A DNA stretch of 64,000 nt from Vicugna vicugna (lineage: Eukaryota). The notes below the pieces were generated by a model. The model did not search any database and was not told the DNA's origin. It saw only the letters and a program-made list of their open reading frames with translations. The DNA lies in the NCBI GenBank assembly GCA_013265495.1, contig MU058844.1, positions 1,246,941-1,310,940 on the forward strand, in the 5' to 3' direction. Shown in pieces: positions 63,641 to 64,000 of this stretch. Numbering within the stretch: the stretch's first letter is position 1; each line of letters opens with the position of its first letter. The position numbers and the translations under genes were made by a program.

Positions 63641-64000
63641 GTGTATATTTAATATCTATTGCTGTGTAACAAATTGCCCTAAGATTTGGTTGCTTAAAAC
63701 AACAAACATTTATGATCTCACAGTTTCTGAGAGTCAGAGATCCCAGAGTGACTTAGCTGGGTGATTCTGGCTCAGGGCCTCTTATCAGATTATGGTCAAA
63801 ATATCAGCCAGGGATGCATCATCAGAAGACCTGGATAGGCCTGGAAGATCTGCTTCCACGAAGGCTCACTCACTTGAGTCTCTGGTTCTTCACTAGCATT
63901 GTCCAGAGTCTCAGTTGTTTGCCATTTGGGCATCTCCATAGAGCTGCCTTGGTGGTCTCAAGATATGGTAGCTGGCTTCACCCAGAGTGAGTGGTCCAAG
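63641..64000 (-). mobile_element. MLT1E/F-like LTR, cut by the window end
   Basis: 'atctattgctgtgtaacaaattgccctaagatttggttgcttaaaacaacaaacatttatgatctcacagtttctgagagtcag...ttagctgggtgattctggctcaggg'. Confidence 0.88.

Overview
This is AT-rich, CpG-depleted eutherian genomic DNA, either intergenic or deep intronic. I recognise no intact protein-coding gene or RNA gene. Much of the window is ancient interspersed repeat: MIR, L2, MLT1 (MaLR LTR), L1M/HAL1, and hAT DNA transposons (MER3, MER5, MER45B, MER58, MER94, Blackjack). The younger L1 3' ends look cetartiodactyl-type. I saw no Alu, B1/B2, Bov-A/BovB, PRE-1 or Can-SINE copies, so a camelid-like host is my tentative inference. The standout is a decayed RPSA processed pseudogene on the minus strand (about 56600-57308). 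Its centre has gained CpGs rather than lost them, forming the only CpG-island-like patch in 64 kb. That patch carries NRF1, E2F and ETS motifs and several apparently new splice donors, making it a candidate retrocopy-born promoter. Other points of interest are an ungapped 107-bp duplicated element (40857 and 42392), a short duplication in which only one copy has a strong splice donor (61049 and 62115), and a fossil hAT-Blackjack transposase nested in a HAL1 and carrying three further insertions. Repeat family names and RPSA comparisons come from recalled consensus sequences, not from a search. Boundaries are approximate.
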